Assembly: GCA_965207455.1 (NCBI GenBank)
Contig: CBDBMJ010000001.1
Location: 1 to 64,000, forward strand
Source: Bdellovibrionota bacterium
Lineage (GTDB): Bacteria; Bdellovibrionota; UBA1018; CAIPTA01; JAALKR01
Length of the DNA stretch: 64,000 nucleotides
Reading direction: 5' to 3'
Under the pieces are notes generated by a model. That model saw only the letters and a list, made by a program, of their open reading frames with translations. It did no database searches and was not told the DNA's origin. The position numbers and the translations under genes were made by a program. The first letter of the stretch is position 1, and each line of letters begins with the position of its first letter. Positions 1 to 9,519 of this stretch are shown here, in pieces.

Positions 1-5
1 GAGCA

Positions 6-2879
6 TTGGCGTGTAAAAGCCTCAATCTCCACATAATACCGTTTATACTGTTTGCTTCCCTTGTTGGTTGTAGCAGTAGCGATTCGGGTAGTAATTCGTC
101 GCCCTCTAATTCACTGACTCCTAGTTTGCCGCCTGAATTTGCTATCGAAATAGAAGGAATTAATCCTGATGAAGGCATATACTACTCTAAGAACTCATCA
201 CCAGCTTTTAAGTTTTCCAATGTGAGGGATGGAGCATCGGTCAGCCTACATGAAATGGAGGAATGTGCTGGAGAATTAGTGAGTTCAGATTCAACCCCGG
301 TAGATGGTCAAGTGTCTGTAGGGCTAAAAAATCCCATTACTGATGATAGAGAATATACCTATTATGCAAAACATGCCAATGGGGCAGAGGTCTTTGATTG
401 CTTAGAAATAAAATACCATTTAGACACGCTAGCGCCAGCAGAACCAGCAATAGCATTTGCCGAAGGAACCACCAGTCCTTCATCTGACAATACCAATCCC
501 AGATTTCTTATTTCTAGTATAGAAATTGGAGCAATAGTTAGTCTACATACAGACAGTGCGTGCAGTGCTGAGGCAGTAGCATTAGGCACAGCTACCGATG
601 ATTCTATTACACTAACACTACAGACTGCTCTAAGTAGCGATGGAATATACAACTATTATGCAAAACAGGTGGATAGAGTTGGTAATATTTCTGACTGCTC
701 CAGTGCAGGTGTGGATTATGAGTTGGATTCAACGGCTCCTGGCGCACCAACGATAGGATTAGCTCAAGGAATCAGCAGCCCATCAAGTAATACAACACCT
801 AGTTTTGTGCTGTCTGATGTAGAAGATGGTGCTCTAGTTAGCCTACACACTGATGATCAATGTATGGAGGCAAATAAAGTAACATCAGGCACAGCTAGTG
901 GCGACTCTATTACATTAACACTACAGACTGCCCTAAGTACCAATAAAATCTATACCTATTTTGCAAAGCAGGTGGATAGAGCTAGTAATATTTCCGGCTG
1001 CTCCAGTGAAGGTTTCGAATATGAATTGGATACAAGTGTATTGACACCAACGATAGGATTAGCTCAAGGAACCGTTAACCCATCAAGCAATACAACACCT
1101 AGTTTTGTGGTATCTGATCTAGAAAATAATGCTCTAGTTAGCCTACACACTGATGATCAATGTGCAGAGGCAAGTAAAGTAGAATCAGGCACAGCTACCG
1201 GTGATTCTATTACACTAACACTACAGACTGCTCTAAGTAGTGATGGAACCTATACCTATTATGCAAAGCAAGTGGATGGAGGGAGTAATATTTCTCCCTG
1301 TTCTAATGGTATAAGTTATACATTAGACACAATAGCTCTCATACCCACCTTATCACTAGTAACATCCAGCCCCTCTAATAATCCCAATCCAGTTTTTAGT
1401 CTGGGGAATTTAGAGATTGGAGGTAGCGTTGGATTATATTCTGACGATAGTTGCAGTACCTTGGCACAAGATTCCATTGGAATAACAGCAGGAAGCATGG
1501 AAATAACTCTATCTGTGCTTTTAGTTAATTATAACACTTACTCCTATCATACGAGACAAACAGACAGTTTCGGTAATGTTTCAGATTGCTCCAGCGCTAT
1601 ATCTTATGAATTTTTCGCTCCTTTTGAATCTGTTTGGCGTGTTGGAGTTGAAGGATATAGCCATGGAGACCAAAGTGTGACTCTTCCTCTAAGAGAGTAT
1701 GATGGAAATGGAAATAACTTTGATTACGATTTCACCGTTTATTGGGGGGATGGCTCTAAAGAAACAGTTACAGCCTTTAGTAATGATATTACCCATGAAT
1801 ACACAAATCCAGGAGACTATACAATTAAAATAATAGGTCCAAAGCTTCCGGCTTGGTATTTTAATAATGGAGGAGATAAAAATAAAATAATTGAGGTAAA
1901 AAACCTTGGAATAGTAGGTTGGAAAAGCTTGCAGGCTGCTTTCTATGGTTGTGGAAAACTTACCAAATTTACTGTTGGCAACACAGATACCTCTAATGTA
2001 ACAGATATGAGCGAGATGTTTTCTAGTACTCACAGTTTAACCTCTCTTGACCTCTCTCGTTTTGTTACCTCTAATGTAATAGATATGCATAATATGTTTT
2101 CTAATGCTTCAAAACTAACTTCCCTTGATTTATCTGGTTGGGATGTTTCTAATGTAACGGATATGAGCGCTATGTTTAATGCTATTTCAAGTTTGACTTC
2201 TCTTGATTTATCTCATTTTGTTACCTCTAAAGTAATGGATATGAATAGTATGTTTTCTTTTTCTTCAAACTTATCCTCTCTTGATTTATCTCATTTTGTT
2301 ACCTCTAATGTAACAGATATGAGCGAGATGTTTTCTAGTACTCACAGTTTAACCTCTCTTGACCTCTCTCGTTTTGTTACCTCTAATGTAATAGATATGC
2401 ATAATATGTTTTCTAATGCTTCAAAACTAACTTCCCTTGATTTATCTGGTTGGGATGTTTCTAATGTAACGGATATGAGCGCTATGTTTAATGCTATTTC
2501 AAGTTTGACTTCTCTTGATTTATCTCATTTTGTTACCTCTAAAGTAATGGATATGAATAGTATGTTTTCTTTTTCTTCAAACTTATCCTCTCTTGATTTA
2601 TCTCATTTTGTTACCTCTAATGTAACTAATATGAGGCAGATGTTTTATTATGCTTCGAGTTTAACTTCCCTTGATTTATCTCATTTTGTTACCTCTGGCG
2701 TAACGGATATGAGCCATATGCTTAATTATGCTTCGAGCTTAAACTCTCTTGATTTAAGAACATGGAATGTTGATAGTGTGACAAATAAAGTTGGTATATT
2801 TAATAATACAAAAGGCAGCCTTGTTATAAAATGTAGTGCCACCCCTATTTTGGACAAAGATTGCACCGTCTCACAATAA
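6..2879 (+). CDS. Surface lipoprotein: about 5 Cys-containing Ig-like repeats, a PKD-like domain and C-terminal BspA/DUF285-type 26-aa leucine-rich repeats; true start probably upstream of the window
   Basis: Lipobox LVGC; ~100-aa repeats (..YYAKQVD..NxSxCS); FTVYWGDGS; TSNVTDMSxMF..LTSLDLS repeats. The paralog at 5702 has in-frame sequence upstream of the equivalent TTG. Confidence 0.85.
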   Translation: MACKSLNLHIIPFILFASLVGCSSSDSGSNSSPSNSLTPSLPPEFAIEIEGINPDEGIYYSKNSSPAFKFSNVRDGASVSLHEMEECAGELVSSDSTPVDGQVSVGLKNPITDDREYTYYAKHANGAEVFDCLEIKYHLDTLAPAEPAIAFAEGTTSPSSDNTNPRFLISSIEIGAIVSLHTDSACSAEAVALGTATDDSITLTLQTALSSDGIYNYYAKQVDRVGNISDCSSAGVDYELDSTAPGAPTIGLAQGISSPSSNTTPSFVLSDVEDGALVSLHTDDQCMEANKVTSGTASGDSITLTLQTALSTNKIYTYFAKQVDRASNISGCSSEGFEYELDTSVLTPTIGLAQGTVNPSSNTTPSFVVSDLENNALVSLHTDDQCAEASKVESGTATGDSITLTLQTALSSDGTYTYYAKQVDGGSNISPCSNGISYTLDTIALIPTLSLVTSSPSNNPNPVFSLGNLEIGGSVGLYSDDSCSTLAQDSIGITAGSMEITLSVLLVNYNTYSYHTRQTDSFGNVSDCSSAISYEFFAPFESVWRVGVEGYSHGDQSVTLPLREYDGNGNNFDYDFTVYWGDGSKETVTAFSNDITHEYTNPGDYTIKIIGPKLPAWYFNNGGDKNKIIEVKNLGIVGWKSLQAAFYGCGKLTKFTVGNTDTSNVTDMSEMFSSTHSLTSLDLSRFVTSNVIDMHNMFSNASKLTSLDLSGWDVSNVTDMSAMFNAISSLTSLDLSHFVTSKVMDMNSMFSFSSNLSSLDLSHFVTSNVTDMSEMFSSTHSLTSLDLSRFVTSNVIDMHNMFSNASKLTSLDLSGWDVSNVTDMSAMFNAISSLTSLDLSHFVTSKVMDMNSMFSFSSNLSSLDLSHFVTSNVTNMRQMFYYASSLTSLDLSHFVTSGVTDMSHMLNYASSLNSLDLRTWNVDSVTNKVGIFNNTKGSLVIKCSATPILDKDCTVSQ
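1989..2626 (+). repeat. Exact 312-bp in-frame tandem duplication (4 x 26-aa BspA repeats)
   Basis: acctctaatgtaacagatatgagcgagatg begins at 1989 and 2301; the period continues to 2613+. The translated 104-aa blocks are identical. Confidence 0.9.
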
Positions 2880-2920
2880 GAACGGAAATATAAAAATTTT
2901 GAATTATCTCCTATCAAAGC

Positions 2921-3706
2921 CTACTTGTCCAAACGATAATGCTTGGCTTGACCTGGATTTGCGCGAAGCTCAAAATGCACATTTGCAGCCATGCCATTTC
3001 CATCAGCGCCATATTTAATTGGCGAATACGAAAGTGGGTTCTTTGCTGTCATGTTCAGATCCTGAGCTAGGAATGTTTCTTCAATAGTAACAGTGTTGCT
3101 TACCAGTGCATCTGTCTCGTTTCTCAATTCATCAAGATTGAAATTGCTGTTTACATTTATATATTCAGCAACATAACTTTCGCTAACGATCACCAAATAT
3201 CCGTTAATTTTTCTAAATCAGATGTGTATTCAGCATGAGAGGTCGATGGTTTTTTCATCATAATTCTAAATGTTGTATTGCCGTTTTGCCAATCAGTTCG
3301 ACTGTTGAAAATATTATAAGCAGCAACTTGTTCTCTGTTTTTTGTTGTGTAATTAATATTACCAGTAAATATCTTTGGCACTAAACTTCCACTAGAGCGA
3401 ACACCATCTTTTCTGCCAAAAACATCCATATAGAGTGGACCGTAAGTTTCACCCTCTTTACCTCCAATTATTCTCAGTGGCTTGTATTCGACCTCGTTGT
3501 TATAAACAATGATTGCAATTTCATCATGCACGGCCTGAGGTTAGTTCTGACTGGTAATGATAGGTAGATAGGCCTGCAAACTTGTTTGAGCAGAGTAACT
3601 TGGCGTTGCAATATCTATCCTGACTACTGAGTATACTCGTATGTACACATTCCCAGGACTTTTCCAGGTGTGTTTCCGGGCGTTTTAAGGTGATATGAAA
3701 ATCCAC
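2921..3706 (-). pseudogene. Probably one fragmented gene of unknown function (three overlapping ORF pieces)
   Basis: ORFs 3524-3706, 3190-3531 and 2921-3196 overlap end to end in shifted frames next to the IS left end; no recognisable motif. Confidence 0.4.
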
Positions 3707-3767
3707 CCATAAGCTTTCCAGTTATCTTATCAGTACGTACTATAAAGAACGCCTTTGAGTTTTCTTC

Positions 3768-5107
3768 CGAATTGACTCATAAAAAACGTCACCAAAATGA
3801 CCTTGAGAACAGTGAGTTACGGCTCGGTTGACTCACAACGCAATTCCAGGGAAAATATAACTGTAAAATTAACATACCAAGGAGGTACATTATGAACAAA
3901 CAAGCCGTAACACAATATTTACTAACAATAGCGGAGCTTTACCGCAATAGCCTTAAGAGAGAAAAAACGAGAATACTGGATGAGGCCGTGAAGGTGTGTC
4001 CGCTAAATCGTAAGCAGATCATCAGACGGCTGCAAAAGGGCCCAGAGAGCATCGTAAGGGGACGAGGCTCTGGGAGGAGATTCCAGTACCCCAGAGGACT
4101 CCTTAAGCCCTATATTCGCAAATTATGGAAGAGGATGGGCTATCCCTGTGCCCTAATCATGCATGCAAGTATGGAAGAGTGGCTAGAGCATTTGCCTGTT
4201 GATATGAACTTTCCCAGCGCTATAAAAAGAAAGCTTTTGCAGATGAGTGCCTCTACTGTAGGCAGATTTTTAAAAGAAATTAGGGGAGATAGAAATAAAG
4301 GAAAAAGCACCACTAGGCCTGCTAGTAGTTATCTGAAGAGCAAGGTTCCCATAAATACATTGGGCTTTCGACCCAAAGAACCAGGGAACTTGCAGGCAGA
4401 TACGGTGTCTCACTGTGGAACAAATGCAGGCGGTTTATACACCTCTACCCTTACCACTACAGACGTATATTCCTCTTGGACAGAGAATAGAGCTATTCTA
4501 GGAAAAAGGGCGCATAAGGTTAGTCAGAAATTCTATGAAATTCAAAAGGAATTGCCTTTTTTAATAATAGGAATAAATACAGACTCTGGAACAGAGTTTA
4601 TCAACAATGAAGTGGTAAATTTTATGAATAGCAATGGCAGGAGAATTAATTTTACTAGGTCCAGGCCTTATTGTAAGAATGACAATTGCTTCGTGGAACA
4701 AAAGAACTTTACCCATGTAAGAGAGCTTATGGGCTACGACAGGATAGAGGATAAAGCTCACATAGATTTGATGAATGATATTTATATAAATTACTGGAAC
4801 CCGTTAAAAAACTTTTTTATTCCGTGTTTGAAATTGAAGGAGAAGTATAGAGAAAAGTCTAGAGTGATAAAAAAGTACCATAAAGCACAAACGCCCTTTA
4901 ATTGGCTAATGAAATCGGATGCTCTTTCCGAGGAGTATAAAAGGAGGTTAAGAAAAAGAAAAAAAGAACTCAATCCCTTTGTCCTGAAAAGCGAAATGGA
5001 TAAAAAACTAGACCAGCTTTTTTTATTATTGCAGCGGTCTAAGAATGGAAAAGCGGCATGATCTCAGTGCGATGCTCCTTGGTGCGTTTTCATTATGAGT
5101 CAATACG
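3768..5107 (+). mobile_element. Insertion sequence (rve/DDE transposase, ISNCY-like; family not certain) with imperfect terminal inverted repeats
   Basis: Left end cgaattgactcataaaaaacgtcaccaa (3768-) versus right end ttggtgcgttttcattatgagtcaatacg (5079-5107). No clear target-site duplication. Confidence 0.75.
3892..5061 (+). CDS. DDE-type integrase-core transposase
   Basis: Motifs QADTVSHCG, INTDSGTEFIN, FTRSRPYCKNDNCFVEQKN; SD aaggaggt upstream of the ATG. Confidence 0.9.
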   Translation: MNKQAVTQYLLTIAELYRNSLKREKTRILDEAVKVCPLNRKQIIRRLQKGPESIVRGRGSGRRFQYPRGLLKPYIRKLWKRMGYPCALIMHASMEEWLEHLPVDMNFPSAIKRKLLQMSASTVGRFLKEIRGDRNKGKSTTRPASSYLKSKVPINTLGFRPKEPGNLQADTVSHCGTNAGGLYTSTLTTTDVYSSWTENRAILGKRAHKVSQKFYEIQKELPFLIIGINTDSGTEFINNEVVNFMNSNGRRINFTRSRPYCKNDNCFVEQKNFTHVRELMGYDRIEDKAHIDLMNDIYINYWNPLKNFFIPCLKLKEKYREKSRVIKKYHKAQTPFNWLMKSDALSEEYKRRLRKRKKELNPFVLKSEMDKKLDQLFLLLQRSKNGKAA

Positions 5108-5196
5108 TATATTATATTATATTAAGCTATGACTATGATTTCTAATACACGAAATCCTCTCATTCAGTGGATAAGATTTCATTTACTTCTAGCCGC

Positions 5197-5424
5197 TTAG
5201 GCAAAAAATTGGATTAACTCATATGCCACGACCCAAAGATAGGGAGGCAGCATGATTTCAATATCAAAAACTTCAAAAGCCTTTTTCAGCACATCGTAGT
5301 AAGTACTACCTTCGCCTATCATTTCATCAGCTAGTGGACCGACATCCTGTTTCGATGAAGCAGCTACTGCCATGGAAAATGTACATAAAAAGATTAGTAC
5401 ATAAGATTTAATATTTTTCAACAC
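5197..5424 (-). pseudogene. Truncated paralog of the secreted-protein family at 57083 and 59303
   Basis: LKNIKSYVLIFLCTFSM..GPL..TYYDVLKKAF aligns with KNNIKHYVLIFLCAFSV..GPL..SYFDQLGEAF; similarity is lost after about 50 aa. Confidence 0.65.
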
Positions 5425-5491
5425 TATTTCTTGTTTCTTTGACACGAATTCTCTCCGTTTCACAAAATAATAAAAATACCTCTAAAGGTAT

Positions 5492-5791
5492 CACGGATTC
5501 CGACCGTTTTAACAAGTGTAAGTTGGAAGAATAATTTTTAGGAGACTCATAATGAATAACTTGTTTGTGAAAATGCTCGAAACTCTTTGTAGTTCATCTT
5601 GCATGTATTTAGGTTGGGTTTTGAAAAACCTACGTAGCAGTGGAACATTGCACGGATTCCGACCGTTTTAACAAGTGTAAGTTGGAAGAACTCTGAATAA
5701 CTTGTTTGTGAAAATGCTCGAAACTCTTTGTAGTTCATCTTGCATGTATTTAGGTTGGGTTTTGAAAAACCTACGTAGCAGTGGAACATTG
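5492..5791 (+). repeat. Tandem duplication (5492-5650 and 5651-5791) of the translation-start region of the second lipoprotein gene
   Basis: cacggattccgaccg... occurs at 5492 and 5651. Copy 2 lacks 14+4 nt containing the SD aggag and the A of the ATG. Confidence 0.9.
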
Positions 5792-8245
5792 GCGTGTAAG
5801 AATCTCAATCTCCACATAATACCGTTTATACTGTTTGCCGCCCTTGTTGGTTGTAGCAGTAGCGATTCGGGTAGTAATTTGTTGCCCTTTAATTCGTTTA
5901 CTCCTAATTCGCCGCCTGAATTTGCTATCGAAATAGAAGGAATTAATCCTGATGAAGGCATATACTACTCTAAGAACTCATTACCAGCTTTTAAGTTTTC
6001 CAATGTGAAGGATGGAGCATTGGTCAGCCTGCATGTAATGGAGGAATGTGCTGGAGAATCAGTGAGTTCAGATTCAACTCCGGCAGATGGTCAAGTGTCT
6101 GTAGGGCTAAAAAACTCCATTACTGCTGATGGAGAATATACTTATTATGCAAAACACGCCAATGGGGTAGAGGTCTTTGATTGCTTAGAAATAAAATACC
6201 ATTTAGACACGCTAGCGCCAGCAGAACCAGCAATAGCATTTGCCGATGGAACCACCAGCCCTTCTAACAATACTAATCTCAGCTTTCTTATTTCTAGTAT
6301 AGAAATTGGAGCAATAGTTAGTCTACATACAGACAGTGCGTGCAGTGCTGAGGCAGTAGCATTAGGCACGGCTACAGATAATACTATTACACTATCCATT
6401 GTTCTCAGTGGCGATGGACAATACAGCTATTATGCAAAACAGGTAGATAGGGCTAGTAATGCTTCTGATTGTTCCAGTGCAGATGTATACGAACTGTACT
6501 CTCTTCTTGCACCAAGAATAGCATTTGTCGAAGGAACCGCCAACCCTTCAGCTAATTTAACCCCCAGCTTTGTGGTGTCTGGTGTAGAAGATGGAGCATC
6601 GGTTAGTCTATACACAGATAGTGAGTGCCTAGAGGCAAACAAAATGGGGTCAGGTACAGCTAGCGGTGACTCTATTACATTAGTATCAACTGAACTAAGT
6701 AGTGGTGGAGAATATACCTATTATGCAAAACAGGTAGACCGGTTGGAGAATAGTTCCGATTGCTCCAGTGTAGGTGTGGAATATAATTTAGACATTGAGG
6801 CAACTGCACCAACGATAGGATTAGCTCGAGGAAGCAGCAGCCCTTCAAGTAATTTAACTCCCAGCTTTGTGGTGTCTGGTGTGGAAGATGGTGCTCTAGT
6901 TAGTCTGCACACAGACAGTGCTTGTACCAGTGAGGCAGTAAAATCAGGCAGAGCTAGTGGCAACTCTATTACATTAAAACTACAGACTGCTCTAAGTATC
7001 AATAGAACCTATACCTATTATGCAAAACAGGTGGATAAAGTTAGTAATACTTCTCCTTGTTCCAATGGTATACGTTATACGTTAGACACAATGGTTGTTG
7101 CGCCCACTTTATCGCTAGTAACGTCCAGCTCCTTTGATAATCGCATTCCAATTTTTAGTCTAAGGAATTTAGAAATTGGAGGTATCCTTGGATTGTATTC
7201 TGATGATAATTGCGGTCTCTGGATACAAAGTTTCAGTGGAATAACAGCAGAAAGCATGGAGATAGATCTACATAGACCTTTGTTTAATTACGGTATCTAT
7301 ACTTATTCTGCAAGACAAACAGATAGTTCAGGTAATGTTTCAGATTGCTCCAGCGCTATATCTTATGAATTTTTCGCTCCTTTTGAATCTGTTTGGCGTG
7401 TTGGAAACTCAGAATATGGCGATGGAGATCGAAGTGTTACCCTTCCTCTAAGAGAGAGTGATGGAGATGGAAATAACTTTGATTACGATTTCATTGTTGA
7501 TTGGGGTGATGACTCTGATGAACAAGCAGTTACTGTTTATAGCGATGATGTTACTCATACCTATGCAGATGCAGGAGACTATACCATTAAGATAAAAGGA
7601 ATACTGCCAACTTGGTATTTTAATAATGGAGGAGATAAAAATAAAATAATTGAGGTAAAAAATCTTGGAGAAGTGGGCTGGAAAAATTTAGATTCTGCTT
7701 TCATGGGGTGCAAGAAGCTCACTGAATTTACTACTGGCACCACAGACACCTCTCAAGTGACAAATATGTATGCTATGAATGCTTCAGGTTTAGAGTCCCT
7801 TGATTTATCCAATTGGGATACCTCTAATGTAATAGATATGGACTATATGTTTTATTCGACTTTGAGTTTGAGGTCCCTTAATTTATCTGGCTGGATTACC
7901 TCTCGTGTAACGACTATGGAGTATATGTTTTTGAAGACTCCGAGTTTAACTTCCCTTGATGTATCTAGTTTCGATACCTCTAGTGTGGAGAGTATGAGGG
8001 ATATGTTTCGTGCAACCTCTATAGAAGCTCTTGATTTATCTAATTTTAATACCTCTAACGTAATAGATATGCGTTATATGTTTTTGGATGCCTCTCATTT
8101 AACTTTGCTTGATTTATCTGGTTGGACTATCTCTAGTTCCACAAAATATGCTGGGATTTTTACTCGCGCTAATGCTAGTCTTGCGCTTACTTGTTCTGAG
8201 GGTGTAATTAATATTTTAGGGAAAGGCTGTGCTACTGGTAACTAG
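5702..8245 (+). CDS. Second Ig-like/PKD/BspA surface lipoprotein (paralog of 6-2879); native start region rearranged
   Basis: Near-identical N-terminus and lipobox LVGC, the same domain order, and fewer, diverged BspA repeats. Confidence 0.85.
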   Translation: MFVKMLETLCSSSCMYLGWVLKNLRSSGTLACKNLNLHIIPFILFAALVGCSSSDSGSNLLPFNSFTPNSPPEFAIEIEGINPDEGIYYSKNSLPAFKFSNVKDGALVSLHVMEECAGESVSSDSTPADGQVSVGLKNSITADGEYTYYAKHANGVEVFDCLEIKYHLDTLAPAEPAIAFADGTTSPSNNTNLSFLISSIEIGAIVSLHTDSACSAEAVALGTATDNTITLSIVLSGDGQYSYYAKQVDRASNASDCSSADVYELYSLLAPRIAFVEGTANPSANLTPSFVVSGVEDGASVSLYTDSECLEANKMGSGTASGDSITLVSTELSSGGEYTYYAKQVDRLENSSDCSSVGVEYNLDIEATAPTIGLARGSSSPSSNLTPSFVVSGVEDGALVSLHTDSACTSEAVKSGRASGNSITLKLQTALSINRTYTYYAKQVDKVSNTSPCSNGIRYTLDTMVVAPTLSLVTSSSFDNRIPIFSLRNLEIGGILGLYSDDNCGLWIQSFSGITAESMEIDLHRPLFNYGIYTYSARQTDSSGNVSDCSSAISYEFFAPFESVWRVGNSEYGDGDRSVTLPLRESDGDGNNFDYDFIVDWGDDSDEQAVTVYSDDVTHTYADAGDYTIKIKGILPTWYFNNGGDKNKIIEVKNLGEVGWKNLDSAFMGCKKLTEFTTGTTDTSQVTNMYAMNASGLESLDLSNWDTSNVIDMDYMFYSTLSLRSLNLSGWITSRVTTMEYMFLKTPSLTSLDVSSFDTSSVESMRDMFRATSIEALDLSNFNTSNVIDMRYMFLDASHLTLLDLSGWTISSSTKYAGIFTRANASLALTCSEGVINILGKGCATGN

Positions 8246-8629
8246 ATCAAACGCTATCACTTAAATAACTTACCTCTGGACTATCTAAAAGATTAGTCCA
8301 AGGGCAGACCCTGCCTGTGCGGTAGTAATATTAAGTGCCACTAGGTCGGGATAGAAAGATATTTTATTTCTGTATTTTTATTTTGTGCTCTTCCTCTACC
8401 TGTCTTATATAGTCAATCATAAGCAACTCAAATAGCTGTCCTATACCAAACCCTCTTTTTTTGCAGTTATGGGAAAAAAGATTCGAGTCTTTCTCCAGCA
8501 TCATAAAGCTACTGGTTGAGCGTTCCGTAACGGTCAAATCAGGCAGTCCATTGATTTTAGCCAGTGCTAAAAAATGACTTTCTAATAATGAAAATTAAAG
8601 GTTTTTATGCGCCGCTGCGAATTACAGAG

Positions 8630-8692
8630 CTAACGACAACTAACGACAAAAAGCCTAATCTAGCCGGGGTTTGATGTGTGTGTTTAGGCTTT
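8630..8692. repeat. 10-bp direct repeat (ctaacgacaa x2) and an aaagcctaa/ttaggcttt inverted repeat next to the tRNA 3' end
   Basis: Direct repeat at 8630-8639 and 8640-8649; inverted repeat arms at about 8650-8658 and 8684-8692. Confidence 0.55.
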
Positions 8693-8695
8693 ATT

Positions 8696-8772
8696 TGGAG
8701 CGGGAAACGGGACTCGAACCCGTGGCCTTCTGCATGGCAAGCAGATGCTCTAGCCAACTGAGCTACTCCCGC
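8696..8772 (-). tRNA. tRNA-Gly (GCC)
   Basis: The reverse complement folds as a 77-nt cloverleaf GCGGGAG..TCTGC-TTGCCAT-GCAGA..TTCGAGT..CCA; it lies downstream of pgsA, a conserved arrangement. Confidence 0.97.
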
Positions 8773-8828
8773 ACGTACTGCCTATCTTTTGGTATTATAC
8801 ATAACCTATACAATGGTTGAAGTATAGA

Positions 8829-9413
8829 TTATTTGTTCTGGCGTAAAAGTCTAAAAAAATTCCAAACGTATCGTATTAGGCTGAAAATGGAGATAGCCAC
8901 GGAAATCCAGGCTAAAACCCAGCCAACGAGGTGGCAGTCGAGAAAATCAAAAATAACAATATGCATTATTAGGAGAGGTAGAGCCACCATTTGAGTGGCA
9001 GTTTTCCATTTACCAAAGTTATCTGCTGCAATAACCACACCCCTAGAGCTAGCCAAGGTGCGTAAACCAGAAATGGCCACCTCTCGACAGACTAAGATCA
9101 TTACAAGCCAGGGGCTAATGCGGTCCAAGTGCTGGAGCATGATCAGTGCTGTGATGACGAGGAATTTGTCGGCCAGGGGGTCTAGGAGTTTTCCAGAAAT
9201 GGTTACTGTTTTGCTTATTCGTGCCAAGTATCCATCTAGGTAGTCTGTGATGGCAGCTAGGACGAAAACAACCGTCGCCCAAATATCATACAAAAATTCC
9301 TTCTGGTTTAATAAAACAATCACCAAGGGCACGGCAATCATTCGCAAGATAGTGAGTTGATTGGGCAGGGTATTCCAGGCCAAAGGGTTTGTTGGTTTGC
9401 CTTCACTTTCCAT
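8829..9413 (-). CDS. pgsA: CDP-diacylglycerol--glycerol-3-phosphate 3-phosphatidyltransferase
   Basis: LPNQLTILR; TDYLDGYLAR..GKLLDPLADK CDP-alcohol transferase motif; GKWKTATQM. Confidence 0.93.
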   Translation of the reverse strand: MESEGKPTNPLAWNTLPNQLTILRMIAVPLVIVLLNQKEFLYDIWATVVFVLAAITDYLDGYLARISKTVTISGKLLDPLADKFLVITALIMLQHLDRISPWLVMILVCREVAISGLRTLASSRGVVIAADNFGKWKTATQMVALPLLIMHIVIFDFLDCHLVGWVLAWISVAISIFSLIRYVWNFFRLLRQNK

Positions 9414-9519
9414 ACCTTTAAGTTTAGCACTGTATGTTGAAATAAAAACAAAATAGATCAAAAAAAACCTTGAGCATGCATGCGTTTACTTTTTTAGTGG
9501 ATTATAGTAATTTTTCATT

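Noticed and set aside
1989..2760. CRISPR-like periodic repeats
   Set aside because: The 78-bp periodicity is in-frame coding BspA repeats, with no unique spacers and no cas genes.
5547..5961. Minus-strand ORFs 5547-5789 and 5668-5961
   Set aside because: They are antisense shadows of the duplicated start region and of the lipoprotein gene.
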